Below, piece after piece: positions 55,777 to 64,000 of a stretch of DNA of 64,000 nt; within the stretch, counting starts at the first letter, position 1; the number at the start of each line of letters is the position of its first letter. The stretch is from a virus: positions 1 through 64,000 of IMG/VR virus record IMGVR_UViG_3300005253_000004. One strand, 5' to 3'. The notes beneath the pieces were generated by a model that was not told where the DNA came from, did not search any database, and worked only from the letters and a program-made list of their open reading frames with translations. The position numbers and the translations under genes were made by a program.

Positions 55777-55805
55777 ATTATAGCTTATCTTTCAAACTTT
55801 TGCAA
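55777..55805 (-). promoter_or_regulatory. Sigma70-type promoter, conserved-spacer class
   Basis: TTGCAA-aagtttgaaagataagc-TATAAT on - strand. Confidence 0.88.
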
Positions 55806-55806
55806 C

Positions 55807-57207
55807 CTACCCTTTATTAGCCTTCGCTTTCTTCTGCGCTTGCAGCTCAGCAGGGGTGTACTTCCGCTTACGTGGGCCCTCATCAACCTCGCAAGTGTCT
55901 GCTTCTACTTCGTTATTCGTGATACTCATCCTGCTAAGGTCCACCTCAAGGAACACGCTCCGCTTGGAACGCTTGGCGAACCGCTGCTTGAGGTCAACCA
56001 GCTCCATCACGATCTCTTCATCGGATAGTTCTTGTTGCCGCATCCCAATGATGCAGGCTGCCTCTTGCAGATGCTTGACCGAACCTTGTGCCATCTCCAG
56101 GCTGAGAGGATCCCTCTTCTTCGGGTCCCTCCCGAACCCTGAGCGGTTGGTCTGCGCTGCTGTCCATACTAGTATGTTGTGGCGCTTCGCAAAACGGGAG
56201 AGATCACGGCTGATCGCACCCAGCCAATCCCATACCCTATCCCTACTGTACCCGGTATCACAAGGCCGCATCCTCTCGATGAAGTCCAGCACCAGCACGT
56301 CAGGCTTCCACCCGAGTAGGTTGACCCACTTCATCATCTCGGATTCGAGATCGTCCACGCTAACCTCTCGGTTTACCTCAGTAATCCGGAGCTTTTCATG
56401 TAACCCTTCTCGCCACTTCCGCTCCAGCTCTGGTGTGTACGCCACGCCTGGGTCATCGATGATGTCTTGCACCTTGACGCCTGTGATCTTAGACAGCACA
56501 CGTTCTGTCTGCTCCTCAAGCGACAACTCATTGGTGACCAGCCATACCCTGCGCTCCTCTACTGCGGACATCTTGTGCGCCATGTTCACCAGCATGCTGG
56601 ACTTACCATCCCCCGTGGGGGCCATTATGATACCGAGCTGCTTCGTTCGCAGCCCACCCCCTGTCCACTTGTCGATGACGTGGATCCCACACGGGATACG
56701 CACTAGCTCTGGTGTGAACCCATGGCTATCAATGAGGTTGTCGATGGCCTCGCGCACATCCATCGTCCTGTCCTCGTTCAGATCCCCATGCTTAGTGAGG
56801 AATCTGTACAAAGCTTTAAGCATGTCACCACCCTCAAGCTCCGCCTGCTTCTTCAAGAAACCTTGGTCTGCGCTCAATTCTTGGAAGTCACGCACCACAC
56901 CCGTATCCCTCGCCTTACCTAGCGTGTAGAGCTGGGTGGACCGGTCAGGTATGGTTTCTGTGATGCTGTCGAGTGCAGCTTTGTACCTCAAGTCGTACGC
57001 TTCCTTGTCTTTGTCTTCGAACACCTTGTGTAGTGTGTTGATGGACGGCTGCTCTCCGTGCTTTCGGGTGAAAGCAAAAAGCTCAGCCAGGATAGGTACC
57101 AGCTCAGAGGTGTTGAGCCACGAGGGCTTGAATGATGTCGCAAACTTGCGAGCGTCCTCCGGACGTGCGGTCAAGGCATAGAGGAAGGCCTTCTCATCGA
57201 ACTTCAT
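55807..57207 (-). CDS. dnaB: DnaB-like replicative helicase
   Basis: GI..ID..GGL, APTGDGKS, NELS, VLDF, TAAQTNR, KQR. Confidence 0.9.
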   Translation of the reverse strand: MKFDEKAFLYALTARPEDARKFATSFKPSWLNTSELVPILAELFAFTRKHGEQPSINTLHKVFEDKDKEAYDLRYKAALDSITETIPDRSTQLYTLGKARDTGVVRDFQELSADQGFLKKQAELEGGDMLKALYRFLTKHGDLNEDRTMDVREAIDNLIDSHGFTPELVRIPCGIHVIDKWTGGGLRTKQLGIIMAPTGDGKSSMLVNMAHKMSAVEERRVWLVTNELSLEEQTERVLSKITGVKVQDIIDDPGVAYTPELERKWREGLHEKLRITEVNREVSVDDLESEMMKWVNLLGWKPDVLVLDFIERMRPCDTGYSRDRVWDWLGAISRDLSRFAKRHNILVWTAAQTNRSGFGRDPKKRDPLSLEMAQGSVKHLQEAACIIGMRQQELSDEEIVMELVDLKQRFAKRSKRSVFLEVDLSRMSITNNEVEADTCEVDEGPRKRKYTPAELQAQKKAKANKG

Positions 57208-57482
57208 ACTAGGCTCCCTGCCGCTCTAGCGTAGTACGCTTTACCTACGTCTTTCTCTGAATTAAGGAGCAGCCAAACTATTACTATGCTCTCTGGCATA
57301 GAGAGACCACACTCATTACATTTTAAGTATGCAGGATTCATTGAGTGCCGTTTCCAGCTAGCCTCGCAGGCTAGGTGTGTAATTCCTGATCCTTGTTTTT
57401 TCCAATCTGCCCAACGAGGTTCTAGTATAGCCCACTCCCCTATCCTTATCAATTCTATTACATCTTTACCATTAGCTTTCAT
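57204..57482 (-). CDS. Small Zn-binding protein, dispersed paralog family member
   Basis: IGEWAI..ITHLAC..CNECGLSMPESIVIVWLL. Confidence 0.72.
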   Translation of the reverse strand: MKANGKDVIELIRIGEWAILEPRWADWKKQGSGITHLACEASWKRHSMNPAYLKCNECGLSMPESIVIVWLLLNSEKDVGKAYYARAAGSLV

Positions 57483-57542
57483 GCTTCCTCCTTGTACCGG
57501 GTCAAATATTTCCCATAGTGGTACACGTTTTCATGCTCGTCA

Positions 57543-57896
57543 ATTCGAGCGAATAAACTGTTTAGGTGTAGCCTCTGCTTACGGTAGATCTTCTTCGTTG
57601 TTCCACATGTACAAGTTATGGAAGCCTACTATCTCATCTGGCTCAGAGGTTTCGCACTGGCCGCACACCCTATCGTAGTATAAGCAAAACGACCACTCTT
57701 CTTCGCTAAACCTAGAGATATCCCCACCACAGCGGTGTTGAATGACTACCCACTTACCATACTTAGGGCCGCTATCTGGCGCCGTGGCACGCACCATCCG
57801 CCAGTCACCCTTTGTAAATAGTATTTCAAATACCAGTCTGGGTTCTACTTTCATTTCTTACCTTTCGATTCGAGCGGACACACTGTTTAGGTGTAG
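57543..57896. repeat. 29-bp imperfect direct repeats (57543-57571 and 57868-57896) flanking one gene
   Basis: attcgagcg-aataa-actgtttaggtgtag versus attcgagcg-gacac-actgtttaggtgtag (26/29 identical). Confidence 0.88.
57579..57854 (-). CDS. Small Zn-binding protein, dispersed paralog family member
   Basis: KGDWRMVR..YGKW..QHRC..WS.C..CGQC..EPDEIVGFHNL.MW. Confidence 0.78.
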   Translation of the reverse strand: MKVEPRLVFEILFTKGDWRMVRATAPDSGPKYGKWVVIQHRCGGDISRFSEEEWSFCLYYDRVCGQCETSEPDEIVGFHNLYMWNNEEDLP

Positions 57897-57902
57897 GTTT
57901 AA

Positions 57903-58055
57903 TTAGGATCCTCCGTCGAAGCGCGCTTGACGCTGGTACCTACCACACCTCTTGCAGTACCGTTCTTGCACGATCGCCTTCGCATTGCTATCAACCATGT
58001 CCACTACAGTTATCTTGCTCCACTTAGCCCAGTCATGCCAGATCCAACACTTCAT
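57903..58055 (-). CDS. 50-aa Zn-binding peptide (C..H.W..CxRCG type)
   Basis: Manual translation MKCWIWHDWAKWSKITVVDMVDSNAKAIVQERYCKRCGRYQRQARFDGGS. Confidence 0.6.
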   Translation of the reverse strand: MKCWIWHDWAKWSKITVVDMVDSNAKAIVQERYCKRCGRYQRQARFDGGS

Positions 58056-58057
58056 GT

Positions 58058-59311
58058 TTACCCCTTTATACACACCAAAGCCTTAAGCGTGTGCTTGATC
58101 TTCACAAGATCCTTCTGTGCTGCCATGACAGCTTCGATGTCCTTGTAGCAGCCGGGTGTCTCATCTATCACATCCTTGTCCTTGCGGCACTCGACACCTT
58201 CAGTAGCCTTGATGTGGTCCTCTACTGTGAAGGTTCGCTTGGCTTCCGACCTCGACATAACTCGGCCAGCGCCGTGACTGCAAGAGTTGAAAGATAGAGG
58301 ATTACCCAGACCTTCCACAATGTAGCTCCGAGCGCCCATAGAACCAGGGATGATACCGAGATCACCAACCCTAGCACGAACGGCGCCCTTTCTTGTGACG
58401 AATACGTTCTTCCCATAGTGGTTCTCCTTCTGTACATAGTTGTGGTGGCAGTTGATCGCCGTATCTGCTGTAGTACCCACTTTGTGGGCATCCCAGTCCG
58501 CTCGGCGTCCAATCGCCGTGTACAGAGCGATCAGTGCCTGCTCCATCATGATGGCGCGGTTGGTGAGTGCGTAGTTCTGCGCCCACCCTACCGCCTCAAC
58601 GTAATCGTCGTGGTACTCTGTACCCTCAGGCAGGTACGCCAGATCCTTATTGGGCAAGTCGATGTTCCACGTCTCACACTCACCCTGTGCCAGCTTGATG
58701 AAGTGCGTGCCGATCCGATTCCCGATACCCCTGGAGCCTGAGTGGAGCATGCACCACACGTCATCGTTCTCATCAGCGCACACCTCGATGAAGTGGTTGC
58801 CGCCTCCTAGCGTGCCTAGCTGGTACAGTGGGTCACCAAACTGTTGGATACGTGGGTACTTGCACCCTATCTTGTCGAACCCACCACTCAACTCATTGTG
58901 CCAAAGCAGGCAGGCCGAGTTGGGGATGGTGTCCCGCCACCGCCCCTTGTCGGCGAGCCCGCCGTTGTCTGTCCTGCCGTGGGGTACAGCCGCCACGATT
59001 CCGTCGTAGATCCCCCGTCGGAACTCGTACACCTCGTCCAGCTTGATGGCGGGGATGCGCTGGGCCACCATACCACACCCAATGTCCACACCTACCGCAG
59101 CGGGGATGATCGCCTTCTTCGTAGCGATGACGCTACCTACAGTGGAACCCGTGCCCCAGTGTGCATCAGGCATGACAGCCAAGTGCTTGTGAATGAAGGG
59201 GAGTTGAGCTGTTTGACGTAGCTGTATCTCAGCCTTGATGTCTAGCTCCACGCCATCCACCCATGCCTTGATCGGAACCTTCTGCTTGTTACCAGTTAGC
59301 ACTCGCATCAT
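58058..59311 (-). CDS. rtcB: RtcB RNA ligase
   Basis: MPDAH.G, GVDIGCG, GTLGGGNHF, HSGSRG, HHNY, PGSMG, SHGAGR, YKDI..VM, terminal KG. Confidence 0.97.
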   Translation of the reverse strand: MMRVLTGNKQKVPIKAWVDGVELDIKAEIQLRQTAQLPFIHKHLAVMPDAHWGTGSTVGSVIATKKAIIPAAVGVDIGCGMVAQRIPAIKLDEVYEFRRGIYDGIVAAVPHGRTDNGGLADKGRWRDTIPNSACLLWHNELSGGFDKIGCKYPRIQQFGDPLYQLGTLGGGNHFIEVCADENDDVWCMLHSGSRGIGNRIGTHFIKLAQGECETWNIDLPNKDLAYLPEGTEYHDDYVEAVGWAQNYALTNRAIMMEQALIALYTAIGRRADWDAHKVGTTADTAINCHHNYVQKENHYGKNVFVTRKGAVRARVGDLGIIPGSMGARSYIVEGLGNPLSFNSCSHGAGRVMSRSEAKRTFTVEDHIKATEGVECRKDKDVIDETPGCYKDIEAVMAAQKDLVKIKHTLKALVCIKG

Positions 59312-59318
59312 ACTCTCC

Positions 59319-59585
59319 TTATACTGTATCTTCTTTGTTGTCCCACATCATTAAGTTGTGGAAGCCTATCATCTCTTTAGGCTCAAGCATCTTGCAGCAG
59401 CTACATCGCCGATTACTATGATAACAAAGTGACCACCCATTATCACTAAATAGCTTCTCTTCATATACACTTGAGTCACAACGATGTTGAACAATGAGCC
59501 ACTGCCCGTAGCCTCCCGGTCGTGTTACACGGACTAATCGAAAGTCACCTTTATCAACCAGTATGTTAAACTTGTAACTCATCAC
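59319..59585 (-). CDS. Small Zn-binding protein, close paralog of 57579-57854
   Basis: KGDFRLVR..YGQW..QHRC..WS.C..CSCC..EPKEMIGFHNL.MW. Confidence 0.78.
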   Translation of the reverse strand: MMSYKFNILVDKGDFRLVRVTRPGGYGQWLIVQHRCDSSVYEEKLFSDNGWSLCYHSNRRCSCCKMLEPKEMIGFHNLMMWDNKEDTV

Positions 59586-60541
59586 ATGTCATCCCTTGAA
59601 CGCCACCCTAACCAAACCGGGAACCGAGGCTTCGCTGTCTCTCCGCTTGGCTGATGCTTGTACTTAGCGATGTACCCTATGTAGATCTGCTTGTTATTCC
59701 ACCATTCTTTGCGTTGCTTTTTCGTCACTCCCTTCATGGTGCCTATAGAGAACTCGATGCCTGTCTTGAGGTCACGACACAGCCACTTGCCGAGGTGCCC
59801 GTTGGGTACCTTGCCTGCCTTGGCGCTGGACCTCTCCGATCTACCATGAGCATTGGTTTTCTTGGGGTTGGTGTTGGTACACATCTCTTCAAACCCAATG
59901 ATCTCTGCCTCATCATCTTGGAAATGCTTGTACTTACCCATACCACCATGAGTCATAGTGCTGCGACCGTGGAGATACACATGTCCTTGCCTTGCGATGA
60001 CCCCTTCATACCCCTCGTCCACACACTTGTTCCAATACTTCATGAATCCTTCAGAATCAAAGACAAGGGTTGGTTTTACCAACTTGATGCACGCTGGCTT
60101 AGGCCTGGGCAGCTTGTCCAACTGCTTCACTCTCTGGTTATAGAAGTCAGGGTTATCATAGATATCGAACACGTAGTAGATAAAGTCAGGCTCACCCTCT
60201 ACCTTCATGATAGGACCGGAGGACTCACCGAATGTCTTGGCACCCTTGATGAACAGCTCACCATCCATGCCCTCTACCCCGTACTCTTCCAGCACCTTGC
60301 GGATGTGGAGGTTGGGGATGGGCTTGAGTTTGAAGCTCATAGGTGTCCCGTTTGGGTACGTGACACACCGGATCCCGTCAATCTTGGGGGTGCATAGCGA
60401 TGGGTACTGCACGTCTACCTTAGGGTCACGAATGGTAAACGGTTTCATAGGCCTGAAGGGGCCTTGTAGTTCTGCTTCTGTCTTGTTTACCGGCTTCCTG
60501 TACTTGGGCTTGTACTTCTTGAACGTCTTAGACTTTTTCAC
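59582..60541 (-). CDS. ATP-dependent DNA ligase
   Basis: PKIDGIR (motif I), DGEL, VFD, EGVIAR, KYK, OB domain with PRFPV. Confidence 0.93.
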   Translation of the reverse strand: MKKSKTFKKYKPKYRKPVNKTEAELQGPFRPMKPFTIRDPKVDVQYPSLCTPKIDGIRCVTYPNGTPMSFKLKPIPNLHIRKVLEEYGVEGMDGELFIKGAKTFGESSGPIMKVEGEPDFIYYVFDIYDNPDFYNQRVKQLDKLPRPKPACIKLVKPTLVFDSEGFMKYWNKCVDEGYEGVIARQGHVYLHGRSTMTHGGMGKYKHFQDDEAEIIGFEEMCTNTNPKKTNAHGRSERSSAKAGKVPNGHLGKWLCRDLKTGIEFSIGTMKGVTKKQRKEWWNNKQIYIGYIAKYKHQPSGETAKPRFPVWLGWRSRDDM

Positions 60542-60815
60542 TTTTATCTATCTCCTTCCAATTCATCATAGCCACCAGCCCTACGATTTCTTTAGGCACG
60601 GGTTTTTGACACTCCCAGCATCTATCCTCTTTATTAGGTTCCGCGTCCTGCCACTCCCAACACCAGTGAGCCTCCTCCCCATCGAATCTAAAGCCACACC
60701 CTACTATATGCTCACCATAGATTGTAGCATTATCATCATCATCCCCGCTGTGGTGGTACTTAACTACCGCCCACCCTTTTATGTCAGGCACTAAAATCTC
60801 TCTCGCAGAGCGCAT
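60528..60815 (-). CDS. Small Zn-binding protein, dispersed paralog family member
   Basis: KGWAVV..EHIVGC..CWECQKPVPKEIVGLVAMMNW. Confidence 0.72.
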   Translation of the reverse strand: MRSAREILVPDIKGWAVVKYHHSGDDDDNATIYGEHIVGCGFRFDGEEAHWCWEWQDAEPNKEDRCWECQKPVPKEIVGLVAMMNWKEIDKSEKV

Positions 60816-61510
60816 CAGTCCACCACAAAGCCAGTGCTGTCACCTCTGGCACGGCCCCTTGCGAGTAGTCCTACGATGGACTCCTTAGGGTCACGGAACC
60901 TGAAGTCATGCTCCATACCACTGATTACCTTGTGACCCCAGAACTTCTCAGGGATCTCCTCTCTGAATACCACAGCCACGTTGCCGCCGTAGTAGAGGAT
61001 CCTCCCTACTTGTTGGGGTGTGGTGTGTTCATTGAAGCTGTAGGTGAGGTAGTAGTTGGGTGGGAAGCTGTTCTCGTTGAGATACTTGAACATCCTCTTG
61101 CGCCCCTTGGTGTAGTCGTAGAACTGGATGTTGGGGAGGGCTTCCATGTCGATGTAATCTTCCCATTGGATGTCACTTGTACCATTCAGCCTAGCTACTG
61201 GGGTGTACCCCTTCTTGATAGCCCGTGCCTCAAGGTTGATGAGTTCCCCAACCAACCTGTCTGTGTACCCTTGCCTATCCTTGAAGAACTCTCGCGTCTT
61301 GCGGATGCGCGCAGCTTGCACCATACGCATGGCGCCCCGGCCAGCGGTGTATAGGCAAGACTCACGGCACCCTGGTGTTGAGTGTGGGCACATGGTGTGC
61401 TTTCCATCAGCCACCTTGTCGGGCGCGAGGTACTGTATCACTGCTTCGTAGCCGAACTCGTCTAGCATCTTCACTGTCTTAGCGTTTGATCTACTGTTGC
61501 TGAGTAGCAT
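60815..61510 (-). CDS. Gp88-like protein (CP.....GC...CL Cys triad)
   Basis: CPHSTPGCRESCL..AGRG, RLNGTSDI.WE, FYDYTK, NYYLTYS, NVAVVF, D.RF.DP, VGL. Confidence 0.75.
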   Translation of the reverse strand: MLLSNSRSNAKTVKMLDEFGYEAVIQYLAPDKVADGKHTMCPHSTPGCRESCLYTAGRGAMRMVQAARIRKTREFFKDRQGYTDRLVGELINLEARAIKKGYTPVARLNGTSDIQWEDYIDMEALPNIQFYDYTKGRKRMFKYLNENSFPPNYYLTYSFNEHTTPQQVGRILYYGGNVAVVFREEIPEKFWGHKVISGMEHDFRFRDPKESIVGLLARGRARGDSTGFVVD

Positions 61511-61519
61511 TGGCTGCTC

Positions 61520-61975
61520 CTATATGACGTGCTTCCAAGTTTTGCGTTGTTTGATACGTCCTATTACACCGTGACTCACTCTATAATCTTTGGCCATTAC
61601 ACGCTGCGATCTAGGATCACAGCGGATAGCCTTTACTTGTGTTTCGGTGAGTTTTGCTCTCCCACTTCGAATTCCACGCGCTGGCCGACGACGCCCTTTA
61701 TTTACCATGTCTGTCATGTTGTCAGCTTGTGTTCCTAAGAACAGATGTGAGGGTCTCACGCAAGGTGGGTTGTCGCAGGTATGTAAGACACACAGCCCTT
61801 CAGGAATATCATAGCTCATTGCGTAAGATACACGGTGAGCCTGATGTTTTCGATCCTTAAGCCAAAACGTACCATACCCATTAGGATTATAGTAAGCCTG
61901 CCATTCCCAGCATCCTGATCCTTTTTGTACCTTGTTCCAGAATCTTTTCCAATCTTTAGTCCCTCTCTTTAACAT
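61520..61975 (-). CDS. HNH homing endonuclease
   Basis: RFWNKV..CWEW..GYG..AHRVSY..VLHTCDNPPCVRPSHLFLGT..DN..DM..KGR; C-terminal HTH-like AKLT..V..IR. Confidence 0.94.
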   Translation of the reverse strand: MLKRGTKDWKRFWNKVQKGSGCWEWQAYYNPNGYGTFWLKDRKHQAHRVSYAMSYDIPEGLCVLHTCDNPPCVRPSHLFLGTQADNMTDMVNKGRRRPARGIRSGRAKLTETQVKAIRCDPRSQRVMAKDYRVSHGVIGRIKQRKTWKHVI

Positions 61976-63425
61976 CGAACCCCTCCTCCTCCCATATTTT
62001 CTTCCTTGCGGCCGAGTGTCGCTTCAAGATCGCTCCCGTCTGATCATTAAAGTCTATTACCAAAACCTCATGTTTCCCTGCTGCTTTTCTCAAGCCTCGG
62101 CCAATCTTCTGAAGCGCTGCCACTTTGGACTTCCCACCTCCAGCCAAGATGAGGGTGCGTAGGTTGGGTATATCCACACCCTCTTCGTAAATACCTGTCG
62201 CAATTATAGCACTTATTTTCCCAGATTGCAAGTCAGCTATCCCTTTGGTTCTATCCTTGTTCTTTGTAGCCCCGTTATGAACTGCTGGAACTGGAATCCC
62301 CTTATTTATCGCCATTCTTCGGAGGATACTTGCATGTCCTAATCTAGATGTCATCACTAGTGCAGGCTTCGGACACTTGACCAGCTCCTCTATGATTCTC
62401 TTGTTCCTGTTCAAGTTCAGTACGATGGCATGGTCGTAGACATCAGGCCAGCTTTTTGGGCGTCCGATATCTGGCATCTTAATTATCACCACCCTAGGCG
62501 GCGTAAGGTAGCCAGCTTTGATGAGCCGTTCATTGGTAATATGAGCGAGTCTGTCACCAGTACACCCCATGAGGAGCTGGTTGCTGTACTCGTCCTTCAA
62601 GAACGGAGTCGCAGTGAGTCCAAATCTATAGTAAGCACGGCGGAATTGCCGAGACACCGAAACAAGCTGATTACCCACCGCTATCTTGCTGGCTGCGAGG
62701 TGAGCCTCATCGAAGAAGATCTGCTCTGCCCCAAGGAACTGTTTAATTTTCTCGTTGTCACCCTCTTTGAAGAGCCTATCTAGTGTCTGCACCGTAGCTA
62801 CAGTAACTCCTGACGTGTTAGGATCAAACACTCCGTCGCCTATCTGCCCTGTGTCTATGCCGTACTTCTTGAACCTTTCCCTTGCCTGGGTAACGAGGTG
62901 CTTACGATGTACTATAAACATGGTGGGTACTGGTATCGCTTGGCATAAGGCTACAGCCAGCTCAGTCTTACCGCCTCCCGTAGCTATCTGAAGCACACCT
63001 TGAGGCCAGTGGTACCCTGCGGTAGTGCCCATGAATACTTTGTTGTTCACCGCAGCAAGAAAGGCATCGGCTTGGTAATCTCTTAGAGGTACGCTATACT
63101 CATAGCTAGGCATCTGCGGCCTATGCCTTAGGTCGTTGAAGGTGAAGGGCATCGTAGCCAGTGCTGCCAGCTCTGCGTGGATGTAGGGTAACAACCCTGT
63201 AGGAAAGAAGGCACTACCATTGCTAGGGTGTGGCTTACTGAGGATGCTTGTGCGTCCATCCCATCCTTTTGCTCCCTTGGTCTGGAGCCATAGCTTGTGT
63301 TGCCTCATGTACCGGGCACCAGGGGCCATCGTCTTGACAGCCTCCCGTACCTGAGCATACATCTCTAGCTCACCGTCACCTTCTGGCTTGACCAGGGCTA
63401 TGGTGTTGTCGAATTCAATCAGCAT
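61956..63425 (-). CDS. Superfamily 2 DEAH helicase (UvsW-like)
   Basis: LRDYQ, ATGGGKT, DEAH, GLTATP, EGVDIP, QKIGRGLR. Confidence 0.93.
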   Translation of the reverse strand: MLIEFDNTIALVKPEGDGELEMYAQVREAVKTMAPGARYMRQHKLWLQTKGAKGWDGRTSILSKPHPSNGSAFFPTGLLPYIHAELAALATMPFTFNDLRHRPQMPSYEYSVPLRDYQADAFLAAVNNKVFMGTTAGYHWPQGVLQIATGGGKTELAVALCQAIPVPTMFIVHRKHLVTQARERFKKYGIDTGQIGDGVFDPNTSGVTVATVQTLDRLFKEGDNEKIKQFLGAEQIFFDEAHLAASKIAVGNQLVSVSRQFRRAYYRFGLTATPFLKDEYSNQLLMGCTGDRLAHITNERLIKAGYLTPPRVVIIKMPDIGRPKSWPDVYDHAIVLNLNRNKRIIEELVKCPKPALVMTSRLGHASILRRMAINKGIPVPAVHNGATKNKDRTKGIADLQSGKISAIIATGIYEEGVDIPNLRTLILAGGGKSKVAALQKIGRGLRKAAGKHEVLVIDFNDQTGAILKRHSAARKKIWEEEGFDVKERD

Positions 63426-63696
63426 CTGTCTCCGATCCCCATCGTTGAAGTTTTAGTAGCCCCACGATCCCATCGGACGGAGCTGCATTACACACATTAC
63501 ATTGTGGGGAGTTATCTTCTACGTTCACCGCGTTTGTACCTAAAGTACACCGATGTATGATGTGATACCTACCACTCATGTCTGCTGGTGTTCTTTTGTA
63601 GAGGCACCATAACCCTTCTTCAAACAGGATGGCTCTATCCGCAGATTCCGCACCACTGCGGTGCGGTGGACTAAAGATGTCTTTAAGCTTTATCAT
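63415..63696 (-). CDS. Small Zn-binding protein, dispersed paralog family member
   Basis: EGLWCL..IIHRC..CNVCNAAPSDGIVGLLKL..W. Confidence 0.72.
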   Translation of the reverse strand: MIKLKDIFSPPHRSGAESADRAILFEEGLWCLYKRTPADMSGRYHIIHRCTLGTNAVNVEDNSPQCNVCNAAPSDGIVGLLKLQRWGSETDAD

Positions 63697-63994
63697 TTAG
63701 TGCCCACCTTGCAAGCGTTATGTAACCTTCCATCTCATCAGGCACACGCTCACCGCATCGCCCGCACTTCCATGTACTTCGGAAAGAGGGTCCGTCAGCA
63801 GCGTCAACAACCACACAGTACCATCGCTCGCCATGTTGGTGGTACCTCCTACTTGTTACTATTGCTTTGCCGGTGTTCAAGACTAGCTGCCAATCTCCTT
63901 GGATAACGGGGGTAGACCCGGGCCACAGTATGACGTCTGCTTCGTATAGTTTTCCTAGGTCATCCCTTCTAGACCACGTATTTCTAGTTGTCAT
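63683..63994 (-). CDS. Small Zn-binding protein, dispersed paralog family member
   Basis: QGDWQL..YHQH..CGRCGERVPDEMEGYITL..W. Confidence 0.72.
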   Translation of the reverse strand: MTTRNTWSRRDDLGKLYEADVILWPGSTPVIQGDWQLVLNTGKAIVTSRRYHQHGERWYCVVVDAADGPSFRSTWKCGRCGERVPDEMEGYITLARWALNDKA

Positions 63995-64000
63995 CTACCG

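Larger units (their letters stand above)
1..64000. mobile_element. Segment of a tailed dsDNA bacteriophage genome (podovirus-like morphogenesis arm plus convergent replication arm)
   Basis: Scaffold/capsid/adaptor/nozzle/ejection gene order on +; PolA, helicases, primase, SSB, RecA, SbcCD, ligase on -; dense packing with ATGA/TAATG overlaps; no tape measure, sheath or host housekeeping genes seen. Confidence 0.95.

Noticed and set aside
1-64000. Genome-wide TAG reassignment suggested by the stop at 54335
   Set aside because: Long genes are intact in the standard code and TAG ends many genes cleanly (6319, 8181, 11047 followed directly by ATG, 55807)
1-64000. tRNA genes, integrase/att sites, introns or inteins
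   Set aside because: No cloverleaf or T-loop motifs in the few intergenic gaps, no recombinase ORF, and polymerase, helicases, RecA and RtcB are of normal uninterrupted length

Overview
The whole window is part of a dsDNA tailed-phage genome, probably podovirus-like, with no bacterial housekeeping DNA, integrase, tRNA or CRISPR array seen. It has two convergent arms meeting at about 29130. The + arm (1-29132) is morphogenesis. It holds the probable portal C-terminus, a block of very basic disordered proteins, a cyclic-phosphate-processing receiver-like protein, scaffold, major capsid, an HNH, two triplets of paralogous small beta-rich (decoration-like) proteins, adaptor, tail nozzle, three paralogous FN3 proteins, three ejection-type proteins and two paralogous secreted Cys proteins. 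The - arm (64000-29129) is replication, recombination and accessory. It encodes an SF2 helicase, Gp88-like protein, ATP-dependent DNA ligase, RtcB, DnaB-like helicase, a primase with a degenerate Toprim site, a UDG-PolA fusion, UvsY-like, gp32-like SSB, RecA, SbcD/SbcC, ClpP, nucleotide hydrolases, an AAA ATPase and a four-gene, six-domain glycosyltransferase island. The best leads are: (i) triplicated structural genes suggesting heterotrimeric, possibly glycosylated virion parts; (ii) a dispersed family of at least 9 small Zn-binding paralogs between core replication genes, one bracketed by 29-bp direct repeats and one with an in-frame TAG; (iii) repeated [DE]RR motifs resembling c-di-GMP-binding repeats in a 1484-aa protein; (iv) two classes of sigma70-type promoters with conserved spacers, plus tandem dyads and a structured scaffold leader; (v) a diverged duplicate of the polymerase 3' end. 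All product calls come from motif recognition by eye, with no database searches run.
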